NCBI GenBank assembly: GCA_964454905.1
Contig: CAYVTR010000005.1
Location: 6,876 to 70,875 of the forward strand
Direction: 5' to 3'
From: an uncultured Woeseia sp.
GTDB taxonomy: Bacteria > Pseudomonadota > Gammaproteobacteria > Steroidobacterales > UBA11654
Length of the DNA stretch: 64,000 nt
Shown here one piece after another: positions 47,740 through 57,681 of the stretch; the first letter of the stretch is position 1, and each line of letters opens with the position of its first letter. The position numbers were made by a program, and so were the translations under genes. The notes beneath the pieces are model-generated. The model made no database searches and had not been told where the DNA came from. It saw only the letters and a list, made by a program, of their open reading frames with translations.

Positions 47740-47770
47740 CCCATCTCCCGAAAAGGCGATGGGTTTTTTT
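47740..47770 (+). terminator. trp attenuator (intrinsic terminator, 3:4 hairpin)
   Basis: CCCATCtCC (47740-47748) pairs with GGcGATGGG (47755-47763) and is followed by T7 (47764-47770). The competing pairing GGAGAGGG (47700-47707) with CCATCTCC (47741-47748) could act as an antiterminator. Confidence 0.75.
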
Positions 47771-47779
47771 ATGGGAATA

Positions 47780-49171
47780 ATGAATAAATATTTTGACATA
47801 GCAATGGATACTGAAACACCGGCTTCTGCTTTTATTAAGTTGAGGTCGTTAAAACCATGTTTTTTATTAGAAAGTATTGAACGAGGTGTTGATCAGTCGC
47901 GCTATTCTTTTCTTGGTTTGGGTGTGTCCAACATTGTTCAGGTTAAGAATGGTTTGTTTGCAGTTGATGGAACTGTTTTAGATGCCCCTCAATCACTCGA
48001 TGAGATGATGGACTTGTTTAGAAGCACTCTGGCTGGGATTCCCACACTAAGACCGACGATTTCTCACATTCCTTTTGATGGGGGCTTGGTTGGGTTTAGT
48101 AGTTATGACATGGTCAGATTTTTTGAACACCTACCTGTGCCCAAAGATAAGGAGGGTATATTGAGCCCACCTGATTGCGCTTACTTAGCGCCAATATCCT
48201 TGTTAGTGTTTGACCACGAAAAAAATTCAATTGCTGTGCTTCACTCTGGCACTGAAGAAGAGAGGCTCGAATTAGCAGCCAATGTATTGAATTTGTTACA
48301 GTCAGAGATTGCTCACCTAAACCAAGGTGTTACTTATTCTGAACCTGCCCCCAATATTGAACCAGAAACTTTTTATAAGGCGGTGGACAAAGCCAAGCAC
48401 CATATTTATGAGGGCGACATTTTTCAGATCGTCTTATCCATAGCTTTTTCTGGAGAGTGTGATCTAGACCCTTTTAATGTTTATCGAGCCATGAGATTGG
48501 TGAACCCATCACCCTATATGTTTTTTTGTGATATTGACGGGTTCCAGGTTGTCGGCTCATCTCCAGAAGCACTGGTTAGACTCAACAGCAACACAGCCTC
48601 TCTTCGCCCAATTGCAGGCACTAGACCTAGAGGCAAAACCCCCGAAGAAGATGTTGCAAATGAAAAATCATTATTAGCTGACGACAAAGAAATTGCTGAA
48701 CATGTGATGTTAGTGGATTTGGCACGCAATGACTTAGGCAGAGTGGCACAACAAGGCACGATAAATGTTAACCCTTATCAGTCAATCGAGCGTTACAGCC
48801 ACGTCATGCATATTGTTAGCGGTGTTCAAGGCGAGTTAGATGACAACAAAGACGCTTTCGATTTGTTCGCTGCTGCGTTTCCTGCGGGGACACTTGTTGG
48901 TGCTCCCAAGGTTAGAGCCATGGAGTTGATTGATGAAATTGAGCCGAGTTTGAGAGGTGTGTACGGAGGGACGGTTGGTTACTTTGCCAATAATGGAGAT
49001 ATGGACCAAGCAATTGCCATACGCACCGTTGTTTTTTCTAAAGAACGATACTGTTTTCAAGCTGGCGCAGGAATTGTTGCTGACAGCGTCCCAGAAACTG
49101 AATTTGATGAAGTCATGGCAAAAAGTGAAATTATAAGAATGGCTTTGAGAATGGTTAAGGAAGGCGTGTAG
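47780..49171 (+). CDS. trpE: anthranilate synthase component I
   Basis: LLES, GDIFQIVLS and GAGIVADS motifs. Start placed after the attenuator T-run (ATG at 47780; 47771 is also possible). The tracked ATG at 47759 lies inside the terminator stem. Confidence 0.92.
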   Translation: MNKYFDIAMDTETPASAFIKLRSLKPCFLLESIERGVDQSRYSFLGLGVSNIVQVKNGLFAVDGTVLDAPQSLDEMMDLFRSTLAGIPTLRPTISHIPFDGGLVGFSSYDMVRFFEHLPVPKDKEGILSPPDCAYLAPISLLVFDHEKNSIAVLHSGTEEERLELAANVLNLLQSEIAHLNQGVTYSEPAPNIEPETFYKAVDKAKHHIYEGDIFQIVLSIAFSGECDLDPFNVYRAMRLVNPSPYMFFCDIDGFQVVGSSPEALVRLNSNTASLRPIAGTRPRGKTPEEDVANEKSLLADDKEIAEHVMLVDLARNDLGRVAQQGTINVNPYQSIERYSHVMHIVSGVQGELDDNKDAFDLFAAAFPAGTLVGAPKVRAMELIDEIEPSLRGVYGGTVGYFANNGDMDQAIAIRTVVFSKERYCFQAGAGIVADSVPETEFDEVMAKSEIIRMALRMVKEGV

Positions 49172-49761
49172 TGTTTAAAATACTCATGATTGATAATTTT
49201 GACTCTTTTACCTATAACCTGGTGCAAGGCTTTAGAGCCCAGGGTGCTGAGGTTATTGTGTTTAGAAATAACGCCATTACCACCGAAGAAGCGCAAGCCC
49301 TGAGGCCAACTCATTTAGTCATATCGCCAGGCCCAGGCCGACCCACTGATGCAGGGGTTTCAATGCCCATGATCCAAAAATTTGCACTTAGAATTCCTAT
49401 ACTTGGAGTGTGTTTGGGGCATCAATGTATTGTGGAAGCCTTCGGTGGAAAGATAGTTTATGCTCAACAACTAATGCACGGTAAAACTTCCGTTATAGAG
49501 CACGATCAAACAACTATTTTTACAAATCTAGACAACCCAATGGTTGCAGGAAGATACCATTCTTTGGCTGCAGATATAACAAGCCTGCCGAAGAATTTAG
49601 ATATTTCAGCAACCACAGAAGACAATGAGATTATGGCAGTTCGACATAAAACCTATCCAATAGAAGGCGTGCAGTTTCATCCTGAGAGTATCTTGACCCC
49701 CTTAGGCGAGAAATTAATGCATAATTTTTTACAACAAGAAAACGAGGTTAACCATGACTAA
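49171..49761 (+). CDS. trpG: anthranilate synthase component II (glutamine amidotransferase)
   Basis: 196 aa, GTG start. GVCLGHQ catalytic Cys and VQFHPES. Confidence 0.93.
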   Translation: MFKILMIDNFDSFTYNLVQGFRAQGAEVIVFRNNAITTEEAQALRPTHLVISPGPGRPTDAGVSMPMIQKFALRIPILGVCLGHQCIVEAFGGKIVYAQQLMHGKTSVIEHDQTTIFTNLDNPMVAGRYHSLAADITSLPKNLDISATTEDNEIMAVRHKTYPIEGVQFHPESILTPLGEKLMHNFLQQENEVNHD

Positions 49762-50773
49762 AGACCCACAGCAGATTTTATCTGCATTAATGAGTAAAAG
49801 CGATATTGGAGAACGGTCAGCTTATGATTTGATGGAGCTTCTTGCAGAAGGTGAGATAAGCCCAGTTATGGCAGGCGCTATTTTGACCGCGCTTCGTGTC
49901 AAAGGAGAGTCGGCAGAAGAGGTTCGAGGTTTTGCAAATGCTATGAGAGCTCTAGCCACGCCTATAGAGATAGAGAGTGAAGAGAAAACAATCGACATTG
50001 TGGGCACTGGAGGTGATGGTTCCAATAGCTTTAATTTGTCAACAGGAACCGCTCTTTTAAGTGCTGCCACAGGATTAAAAGTGGTCAAACATGGCAACCG
50101 ATCGGTATCAAGCAAGTCAGGCAGTGCTGATTTATTGGAGGCATTAAATATACCCTTAGCTGATAATCCTGAGACGGTTAACGCTTTTCTTAAAGATCAT
50201 GGTTTTGTCTTTTTGTTTGCGCCATTTTTTCACCCAGCAATGAAACATGTTGCCCCCATTCGTCAATCATTAGGTGTTAGGACTGTGTTTAATATATTGG
50301 GACCATTAACCAACCCAGCGCAGCCTAATTTTTATTTGCTTGGTGCTTTTAGCTCCCCAATGGCAAAACTTATGGCAGAGGCTTTATCTGGTATGAGCAT
50401 TGATCGAGCATTTATTGTGCATGGTCTCAATGGTTGGGATGAGCCAACCCCAGTAGGAGAATTTGAGCTCTATGATGTCAAACCTAATCGTGTTCAACAC
50501 ACGGTAAGAGACCCTAAAGATTTTGGCATTGATAGGTGCACAGAGGACGACCTAAAAGGCGGAGACGCAAAGACCAACTCTGCTGCCCTAATCAATGTCT
50601 TTAATCAAAACGATCAAGGCCCACATAAAGATGCTTTGGTTCTGGGCACGGGTTTAGCTTTAGAGGTTTCTAGTACAGTTAATAACTTGAAAGAAGGCAT
50701 AGAGTTGGCCAGATCCACCATTGATGATGGCAAAGCAACCCAAATGATCAACTCGTTATCAACAGATGACTAA
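49754..50773 (+). CDS. trpD: anthranilate phosphoribosyltransferase
   Basis: 339 aa. GTGGDG, KHGNRSVSSKSGSAD motifs. Confidence 0.93.
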   Translation: MTKDPQQILSALMSKSDIGERSAYDLMELLAEGEISPVMAGAILTALRVKGESAEEVRGFANAMRALATPIEIESEEKTIDIVGTGGDGSNSFNLSTGTALLSAATGLKVVKHGNRSVSSKSGSADLLEALNIPLADNPETVNAFLKDHGFVFLFAPFFHPAMKHVAPIRQSLGVRTVFNILGPLTNPAQPNFYLLGAFSSPMAKLMAEALSGMSIDRAFIVHGLNGWDEPTPVGEFELYDVKPNRVQHTVRDPKDFGIDRCTEDDLKGGDAKTNSAALINVFNQNDQGPHKDALVLGTGLALEVSSTVNNLKEGIELARSTIDDGKATQMINSLSTDD

Positions 50774-51605
50774 AACCACAGACAATTTTTTGTTAACCAT
50801 GGCAAGCAACAGTCTTGAGAGGTATAAAGCAAACTCTCAAAAGATAAATGAGCATCAATTACTTGAGTATTGTGAAACAAACAAGCCCAACACAGGATTT
50901 CAGTTAAACAAAGACGGCTTCACATTTATTGCAGAGATCAAGAAAGCATCACCGTCTATTGGAGCATTATCAGCAGATAATTTTGATCTGTGCCATCAAG
51001 CCCAAAATTACATTGTAGGGCGCGCAGATATTATCTCTGTCTTAACTGAGCCCACAAGATTTTTAGGGTCTCTTGATGATTTATCAAAACTAAGCAAACA
51101 ATATCCGAATACCCCATTTATGCGAAAGGACTTTCTTGTGCACCCTTATCAAGTCTCAGAAGCTTGTTATTCTGGGGCAGCAGGGGTTTTGTTAATTGCT
51201 GGTATTTTATCTGATGCCAAATTAGAAACCATGATCAAGCGTGCACAACAGCATCACATGTTTGTTTTGGTTGAAGTGTTTAATAAAGCAGAGTTGGAGC
51301 AAAGCATCGATGTAATTGCTAACCTCAACAACCAACCAAACTCTATAATGTTGGGTGTCAATTGCAGAGATTTAAAATCTCTTGAAGTAAATTTTTCTTG
51401 GTTTGAACATCTAGCTGAGGCATTACCCAAGGATTTGATTTGTGTTGCAGAAAGCGGGACCAATGTTCCAAGTGATATTGGAAAAATAGTGAGCTGGGGG
51501 TATAGGGGCGCCCTAATCGGAACAACATTAATGCAGTCAAATGACCCTGCTCAGACCCTGCTGGATTTTAGACAGGCAGCTATAACAGCTCAACAAGCCC
51601 TATGA
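50766..51605 (+). CDS. trpC: indole-3-glycerol-phosphate synthase
   Basis: 279 aa. IAEIKKASPS, MRKDF and NCRDL motifs. Monofunctional, not fused to trpF. Confidence 0.9.
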   Translation: MTKTTDNFLLTMASNSLERYKANSQKINEHQLLEYCETNKPNTGFQLNKDGFTFIAEIKKASPSIGALSADNFDLCHQAQNYIVGRADIISVLTEPTRFLGSLDDLSKLSKQYPNTPFMRKDFLVHPYQVSEACYSGAAGVLLIAGILSDAKLETMIKRAQQHHMFVLVEVFNKAELEQSIDVIANLNNQPNSIMLGVNCRDLKSLEVNFSWFEHLAEALPKDLICVAESGTNVPSDIGKIVSWGYRGALIGTTLMQSNDPAQTLLDFRQAAITAQQAL

Positions 51606-52219
51606 AAACATTAATCAAAATATGTGGGTTAAACAACGAAACCTCTGTTGCGACCGCAGTTCATAATGGGGCTGATATGCTGGGTTTTGTGTTTGTTCCA
51701 TCATCTCCTCGATACATAACACCAAAACAAGCAAACAACTTTCGTCAATTAATCCCTGAGGGCATTCAAACCGTCGGAGTTATGCTACATCCAACCCAGA
51801 GTGAGATTGAAACAGTGCTTGACCAGGTAAAGCTTGATTATATACAGACTGACGCTGAGGATTTTGATCTGCTTGACTTAAAAGGAGGTTCAAAACCCTT
51901 GAAAGTGTACCGAGACAAAGAAGATTTTAATGTAAATTGTATAGATGATAACCCGTTTGCCTTATTTGAAGGCCCTGTTAGCGGAGTTGGCGATTTAGTG
52001 AATATACTAAGAGCTAAAGAAGCATGTAAAAACAAGCACATTATACTCGCCGGGGGGCTCAATACTGAGAACCTTAAACAGATATTGGAACAGACGGGAC
52101 CGGTTGGAGTTGATGTGAGCTCAGGTGTTGAGATAGATCGAGGAGTTAAAAACGAACAAAAAATTATTGAATTTATTAGAATTGTTCGTGCCTTTGATGA
52201 AGGGGTAAATAATGAATGA
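51602..52219 (+). CDS. trpF: phosphoribosylanthranilate isomerase
   Basis: 205 aa. KICG, GFVF..SPRY and GVDVSSGVE motifs. Confidence 0.9.
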   Translation: MKTLIKICGLNNETSVATAVHNGADMLGFVFVPSSPRYITPKQANNFRQLIPEGIQTVGVMLHPTQSEIETVLDQVKLDYIQTDAEDFDLLDLKGGSKPLKVYRDKEDFNVNCIDDNPFALFEGPVSGVGDLVNILRAKEACKNKHIILAGGLNTENLKQILEQTGPVGVDVSSGVEIDRGVKNEQKIIEFIRIVRAFDEGVNNE

Positions 52220-53432
52220 AGAAAATAAAAAACTACTACAACAACTTTTAGATGGAGGGTTTCCCGATCCTCAGGGTCGATTTGGTGTTTTTGGTGGGCA
52301 GTATGCTCCAGAAACCCTAATGCCGGCATTAAAGAATTTAGACAATAAGGTAACAACCCTATTAACAGACGACTCTTTCATGGAGGAGTTTACAACAGAG
52401 CTAAACCAGTGGGCGGGAAGGCCCACAGGACTTACATACGCAAAAAAACTCAGTGAACTTTGGGGCGCTGAGATCTATTTAAAGAGAGAGGACCTTACTC
52501 ACACAGGAGCACACAAAATAAACAATGCATTAGGGCAAGCATTGATAGCAAAAAGACTAAACGCCAAGCGAGTGGTTGCTGAAACTGGAGCAGGCCAGCA
52601 CGGTGTAGCTTCAGCTGCAGCGTGTGCAAGAGTAGGTATACCTTGTGTTGTGTATATGGGTGTTGTAGATATAGACCGACAGGCGCCAAACGTTGATCGA
52701 ATGCGACAACTCGGTGCAGAAGTAATTCCAGTAACTGCAGGCGACCAAACATTAAGAGCTGCTGTGGATGAGGCTTTTAGAGATTGGGTCGGCAGTCCTG
52801 ATGACACTTATTATATTTTGGGCTCGGTGGTAGGCCCACACCCTTACCCTTATTTAGTCAGAGAACTTCAATCAATCATTGGTAAAGAGGCAAGGAAGCA
52901 AATCATCACTCAAGCGGGAGGGTTGCCAGATGCTGTTTTTGCTTGTGTTGGAGGGGGTTCTAACGCAATTGGTATTTTTCATGCCTTTCTAGGAGATGAG
53001 ACAGTAAAATTATACGGTGTTGAGGCAGGCGGCAAGAGTCAAAAACTAGGCGATAATGCGGCCACACTAGCCTCAGGTAAGCCGGGGATATTACATGGAA
53101 CTTACTCTATGTTACTGCATGATGATGATGGCTTAGTTCAAGAGACACATTCAGTGTCTGCAGGCTTGGATTACCCTGGCGTTGGTCCAGAGCATGCTTT
53201 TCTTCAATCTATAGGCAGAGTAACTTATACCTCAGCTGAAGACGAGGAAGCACTAGAACAAGTTAGAGAATGTTGTAGTTTGGAGGGCATATTGCCAGCA
53301 CTAGAAAGCGCACATGCATTTGTTGGAGCTAAAAAATGGGCTGAAGTAAACCCAGGTAAAGTAGTGTTAATTGGTTTATCAGGAAGAGGCGATAAAGATA
53401 TGCCAACCCTAAGCAAGTTGTTTAACAGCTAA
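52212..53432 (+). CDS. trpB: tryptophan synthase beta chain
   Basis: 406 aa. LTHTGAHKINN (PLP Lys) and GGGSNAIG motifs. Confidence 0.95.
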   Translation: MNEENKKLLQQLLDGGFPDPQGRFGVFGGQYAPETLMPALKNLDNKVTTLLTDDSFMEEFTTELNQWAGRPTGLTYAKKLSELWGAEIYLKREDLTHTGAHKINNALGQALIAKRLNAKRVVAETGAGQHGVASAAACARVGIPCVVYMGVVDIDRQAPNVDRMRQLGAEVIPVTAGDQTLRAAVDEAFRDWVGSPDDTYYILGSVVGPHPYPYLVRELQSIIGKEARKQIITQAGGLPDAVFACVGGGSNAIGIFHAFLGDETVKLYGVEAGGKSQKLGDNAATLASGKPGILHGTYSMLLHDDDGLVQETHSVSAGLDYPGVGPEHAFLQSIGRVTYTSAEDEEALEQVRECCSLEGILPALESAHAFVGAKKWAEVNPGKVVLIGLSGRGDKDMPTLSKLFNS

Positions 53433-53445
53433 AAGGTCATAACAT

Positions 53446-54207
53446 ATGTTTGGTAGCGAATTAATTGAAGACAGGGTCACAAACCCCAAACAAAAAGGGC
53501 CAGCTATTGTGCCGTTTATTACAGCAGGCTACCCAAATAAAAATGATTTTTTAAACTTAGTTCAAGCTTTGGCTGATTGTTCTGATGTTATAGAGATAGG
53601 GGTTCCGTTTTCAGACCCAATGGCAGATGGGGTCACCATTCAACGCTCTAGTCATGCCGCCATTGAAAGCGGAGTAAGGCTTCGGTGGATATTGAATCAA
53701 TTGAACACCATTAATATCGACACACCCATCATCTTAATGAGCTATTTAAACCCTTTGTTTGTTTACGGCTATGCCCAACTAGCCCAAGACTCCATAGATG
53801 CTGGTGTTGATGGTTTTATAGTGCCCGACCTGCCGATTGAGGAAGGTGAAGAACTAAGAGAAACAATGAAACTAGCAGGCCTTGCTATGATTCAATTGGT
53901 CACTCCAGCAACCCCAGAAGACCGCATTAGAAAAATTGCAGAAAAAAGTTCAGGCTTTTTATATGCGGTTACCATGAAAGGTGTTACAGGGGAGAGCGGC
54001 GGGTTACCGAAAGAAGTGACCTCTTATCTTAAAATTGTTAAGTCGCATACAACAATACCCGTTTGTGCAGGTTTTGGGGTTAGGTCGAGTAACGATGTCG
54101 CACTTCTTGAGCCGTTTGTTGATGGAGTGATTGTTGGTTCTGCTTTGGTTGAGGCCATTGAAGGTCAGGCATCACCAATAGATTTTTTAAACTCTCTGCG
54201 CTTTTAA
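53446..54207 (+). CDS. trpA: tryptophan synthase alpha chain
   Basis: 253 aa. IEIGVPFSDPMADG and GF.VPDLP motifs. Confidence 0.93.
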   Translation: MFGSELIEDRVTNPKQKGPAIVPFITAGYPNKNDFLNLVQALADCSDVIEIGVPFSDPMADGVTIQRSSHAAIESGVRLRWILNQLNTINIDTPIILMSYLNPLFVYGYAQLAQDSIDAGVDGFIVPDLPIEEGEELRETMKLAGLAMIQLVTPATPEDRIRKIAEKSSGFLYAVTMKGVTGESGGLPKEVTSYLKIVKSHTTIPVCAGFGVRSSNDVALLEPFVDGVIVGSALVEAIEGQASPIDFLNSLRF

Positions 54208-55313
54208 AGTTCAAACTTTTCAATATAGCATTTGAAAGAGTGATTCACTTGATCAGCTGTTAAGTTGAAAGCATCCAGATTGTAATGATGGGGTGATTTT
54301 CCTAATTGGGATTTGTTATTGATAAAAACCTCCATTTTCTTTCTAGTGTGACGATCAAAACTAAGTTTAAACTTTCTAAAAACAGTTTCTACTGAGTTAA
54401 CAGGGTTAACAATGAACTCATTAAAATTAATATCAATTACGTTTGACTCATTGATTAATGTCCGTTGAGCTAAAAAATCTTGAATAGCTTTTGACCAAAA
54501 TGACAAAGAATTGCGTCCTATTTCTTTTTGATCAACAGTGTTAGAAAAAGCAGCACGCAAGTGGGCCGATAAACTACTGATTGAAGCAATCGTATCTTTT
54601 GGGTCTCTATGGATAAAGACAAACTTAGCCTCGGGATAAACACTTATGATTTCCGATATATGTTGGATATGACAAGGGTCTTTTAGTAACCAATGGTTCG
54701 GCTTATAATTTGTTTCCAAAGCTTGTAAAAAACGTTTATGCCAAAGTAGTGCTGACGAGTAATCACAATTGTTAATGAAGGACGCATATTCTGGCACCTT
54801 AGATGAATAAGAAAAACTAATACTCCTAAAGTCTAATGCCGTAATCAACTGACACTCTTCAGGAAGAGCCGCTTTCATGGGATGAATATTCTTTAGTTTA
54901 GGCACCAATGTTTTTAATAAGGCTAATTCAGCCTCAGTTTTAATTTGTTTGTAAGTTTGTTGATAGCGCGAAGTAGCTATCGGCATCATTTGAAATATTT
55001 CCCATGTCAAAGGCCCTCTAAACTCATTAGAACAATGAAGAAGATCAAAGAGGTATGTTGTTCCTGATCTTGGCAATCCAGAAACAATGATAGGCGAAGA
55101 AGGTTCTTCAAGATTGTTATTGTTGATGAACTGAAATAAACGTCCCCTGGATTCTAGTGTTTTTACAAGACCTCTTTGCACCAAGAGAGAACCTAACCTA
55201 GTCAAGTTAGAGTGATTTTCATAATCCTTTAAAAGGATAGATAAGGGTTCTCTATAAGTGTCCTCACCCAAAGGAAAGTTGACCTTATTTAATAGAGAAT
55301 CAATATTAAACAA
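54204..55313 (-). CDS. sulfotransferase family protein
   Basis: 369 aa. 5'-PSB-like loop LPRSGTTYL and 3'-PB-like HRDPKDTIASISS. Confidence 0.7.
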   Translation of the reverse strand: MFNIDSLLNKVNFPLGEDTYREPLSILLKDYENHSNLTRLGSLLVQRGLVKTLESRGRLFQFINNNNLEEPSSPIIVSGLPRSGTTYLFDLLHCSNEFRGPLTWEIFQMMPIATSRYQQTYKQIKTEAELALLKTLVPKLKNIHPMKAALPEECQLITALDFRSISFSYSSKVPEYASFINNCDYSSALLWHKRFLQALETNYKPNHWLLKDPCHIQHISEIISVYPEAKFVFIHRDPKDTIASISSLSAHLRAAFSNTVDQKEIGRNSLSFWSKAIQDFLAQRTLINESNVIDINFNEFIVNPVNSVETVFRKFKLSFDRHTRKKMEVFINNKSQLGKSPHHYNLDAFNLTADQVNHSFKCYIEKFEL

Positions 55314-55322
55314 ACAAACCTC

Positions 55323-56930
55323 CTATGATTTTGGCTTAGAGAGCAACAATACAATAAACCCAAAGCCTAATAACCCCCATCCTGCAAGCACCTCTAATCC
55401 TAGGAGCGCCCCCCCAACCAGCATCACCGCTAACCCAAGAAGGCTTTGGTAAAAGGTTTTGCTAACTGACTTGAGAAAATCTTCATCAGTGTCGTTGCTT
55501 CTTAAATCAGCATGTAAGAATTGTTTTGCAAGGGTTGGTAATTCCTCAATGGTTCGTTTAATTTCCGGAGCGTCTTTCTGTAGTTTGCTTAGAACTGATT
55601 TTAAGTTAGTTTGTTGGTCTCCCCATTCATCAAGAACAGGTTTTGCTGCCGCCACTATATCTAATTGAGGGTATAGTTGCCTCCCTAAGCCTTCTATATT
55701 TAGAAGTGTCTTTTCCAGCTGTACTAGTTGAGGCTGGTTTTCCATTTTAAATTCTCTAGCGGTTTGAAAAAGACGTATTAATAATTGTCCAAAAGATATA
55801 TCTTCAAGAGGTCTATCAGCAATAGGGTCACAAACCGTTCTTATAGAGGCTTCAAAAGCATCTAATCTGGTTTCTTTTGGAACCCAACCAGCATCCACAA
55901 AACTTGAGGCAATGGTTGTATAATCTCTTTCGAAAAATGCAGAAAAACTCCGAGCCAGGTAACGCTTGTCTTTTTCGTCTAAGCTACCCACAATACCAAA
56001 GTCAACCGCAGCGTAGAGCGGTTTTTTTGGATTAGCAACATCAACAAAAACATTTCCAGGGTGCATATCAGCATGGAATAGATTATGGAGAAAGACCTGC
56101 GTGAAAAATATACGCACTCCATTGATAGCAAGCTCTTCTATGTTGACCCCGGCGGCTTTTAATTCCTTAATATTATTAATTGGTATCCCATGAATTCTCT
56201 CTTGGACCAAGATGTTTGTTTTACAATAACCCCAATAAATTTTTGGGACTTTTATAATGTCTGAACCCTCCCAATTTCTCCCTATTTGTGCGCAATTTGC
56301 AGCCTCCCTGACTAAATCCAACTCATGCAAAACACTGGTTTGATAATCAGAGACCACCTCTATCGGGCGAAGTCGTTTCGATTCTTCGGAGTAATTATTA
56401 ATTAATTTTGCACACAGGATTAGAATCTCCATGTCTTTTTCTATTGCCTCCCAAATATTAGGACGAAGTATTTTTACTATCACCTTTTCTCCACTTTTGA
56501 GTGTGGCAAGATGAGCTTGTGCAATTGAAGCTGAAGCGAAAGCGTTGTTATCAAACTCTGTAAAGATATCCGTTGCAGGCTGTCCAAAGGCTTTTAATAT
56601 TTCTTGTTCAACTAGGTCTGCAGAAAAAGCAGGAACGTCATCCTGTAACTTTGACAGCTCCGTTGCAATATCTTCAGGAAGTAGATCTGGCCTTGTTGAA
56701 AGGGATTGGCCAAATTTTACATACAAGGGTCCTAAATCCTCTAGAGCACACCTAAGTCGCTCCCCTCTAGACACGGATGTTGTTTTTCTAAACCATAGGT
56801 TTGGAGACAAATAAAATACCCAACGCAGAGAATGTAGAGCAGGGATATCAGCAATAAATTCATCCAATTGATAATAAATTAAGGTTTTTTGGATTTTGAG
56901 TAACCGAGATAATGTTTGTATTTTTTTCAT
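55323..56930 (-). CDS. ubiB: ubiquinone biosynthesis regulatory kinase-like protein UbiB
   Basis: ABC1/ADCK domain (FGQ.LSTRPDLLP, SIAQAH, HADMHPGN, DFGI), two C-terminal TM segments. Start at MKKIQTL (56930), 1 nt after the ubiE stop. Confidence 0.9.
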   Translation of the reverse strand: MKKIQTLSRLLKIQKTLIYYQLDEFIADIPALHSLRWVFYLSPNLWFRKTTSVSRGERLRCALEDLGPLYVKFGQSLSTRPDLLPEDIATELSKLQDDVPAFSADLVEQEILKAFGQPATDIFTEFDNNAFASASIAQAHLATLKSGEKVIVKILRPNIWEAIEKDMEILILCAKLINNYSEESKRLRPIEVVSDYQTSVLHELDLVREAANCAQIGRNWEGSDIIKVPKIYWGYCKTNILVQERIHGIPINNIKELKAAGVNIEELAINGVRIFFTQVFLHNLFHADMHPGNVFVDVANPKKPLYAAVDFGIVGSLDEKDKRYLARSFSAFFERDYTTIASSFVDAGWVPKETRLDAFEASIRTVCDPIADRPLEDISFGQLLIRLFQTAREFKMENQPQLVQLEKTLLNIEGLGRQLYPQLDIVAAAKPVLDEWGDQQTNLKSVLSKLQKDAPEIKRTIEELPTLAKQFLHADLRSNDTDEDFLKSVSKTFYQSLLGLAVMLVGGALLGLEVLAGWGLLGFGFIVLLLSKPKS

Positions 56931-56931
56931 C

Positions 56932-57681
56932 TTATTGTTTGTGTCCAACATGTAAAGCAACAATACCTGCAGTAAGATTAAAATATTCTGTATCCATAAA
57001 CCCCGAAGCCTTCATCATATTAGCCAATGTTTCTTGGTCAGGATGCATGCGAATAGATTCTGCTAGGTATTGATAGCTGTCAGCATCATTCACCACCCAT
57101 TCCCCTAGTTTTGGCAGAACACTGAAAGAGTAAAAATCATAAAACGGAGCAATCATTTCGTTTGCTTTAGAAAATTCTAATATTAGCAGCCTGCCTCCAG
57201 GCTTAATAACTCTGAACATAGAAGACAGCGCAGTTTCTTTGTTGGTTACATTACGTAAACCAAAACCAATAGTGACACAATCAAAAGTGTTGTCATTAAA
57301 AGGAAGCTCCTCAGCATTTGCTTGAATAATCTGTATGTTTTTCAGTTGACCTTGATCAAGTAATTTCGCTCTCCCCTTATCAAGCATGGACGCATTAATA
57401 TCAGTTAAAATTATTGACCCTGATTGACCCACCTGGTTTTGTAGCAGGACACTGAGATCACCGGTGCCACCAGCAACATCAAGAGCTGACATACCTTTTT
57501 TTAAACCAGTGTGCATTAAAGTGAATCGTTTCCAGAACCGATGAACACCAAAAGACATAAGATCATTCATGAGGTCATATTGTTTAGCTACAGAGTCAAA
57601 AACCTCCTCAACTTTTTGGGTTTTCTCAGATTCAGTTACATCTTGAAAACCGAAACTCACTTTTTTTTCTTTATTTATCAT
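56932..57681 (-). CDS. ubiE: demethylmenaquinone/ubiquinone C-methyltransferase
   Basis: 249 aa. [18 protein letters not shown] motif and FGLRNV. Confidence 0.92.
   Translation of the reverse strand: MINKEKKVSFGFQDVTESEKTQKVEEVFDSVAKQYDLMNDLMSFGVHRFWKRFTLMHTGLKKGMSALDVAGGTGDLSVLLQNQVGQSGSIILTDINASMLDKGRAKLLDQGQLKNIQIIQANAEELPFNDNTFDCVTIGFGLRNVTNKETALSSMFRVIKPGGRLLILEFSKANEMIAPFYDFYSFSVLPKLGEWVVNDADSYQYLAESIRMHPDQETLANMMKASGFMDTEYFNLTAGIVALHVGHKQ

Noticed and set aside
51838-52356. 172-aa ORF antisense to trpF/trpB. Similar long antisense ORFs lie at 19148-19606, 46763-47197, 43787-44176 and 878-1192.
   Set aside because: All lie wholly inside well-supported genes on the opposite strand. Their translations are low-complexity Ser/Leu/Pro-rich strings typical of antisense frames. 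None has an independent start context or a recognisable motif. I treat them as shadow ORFs.
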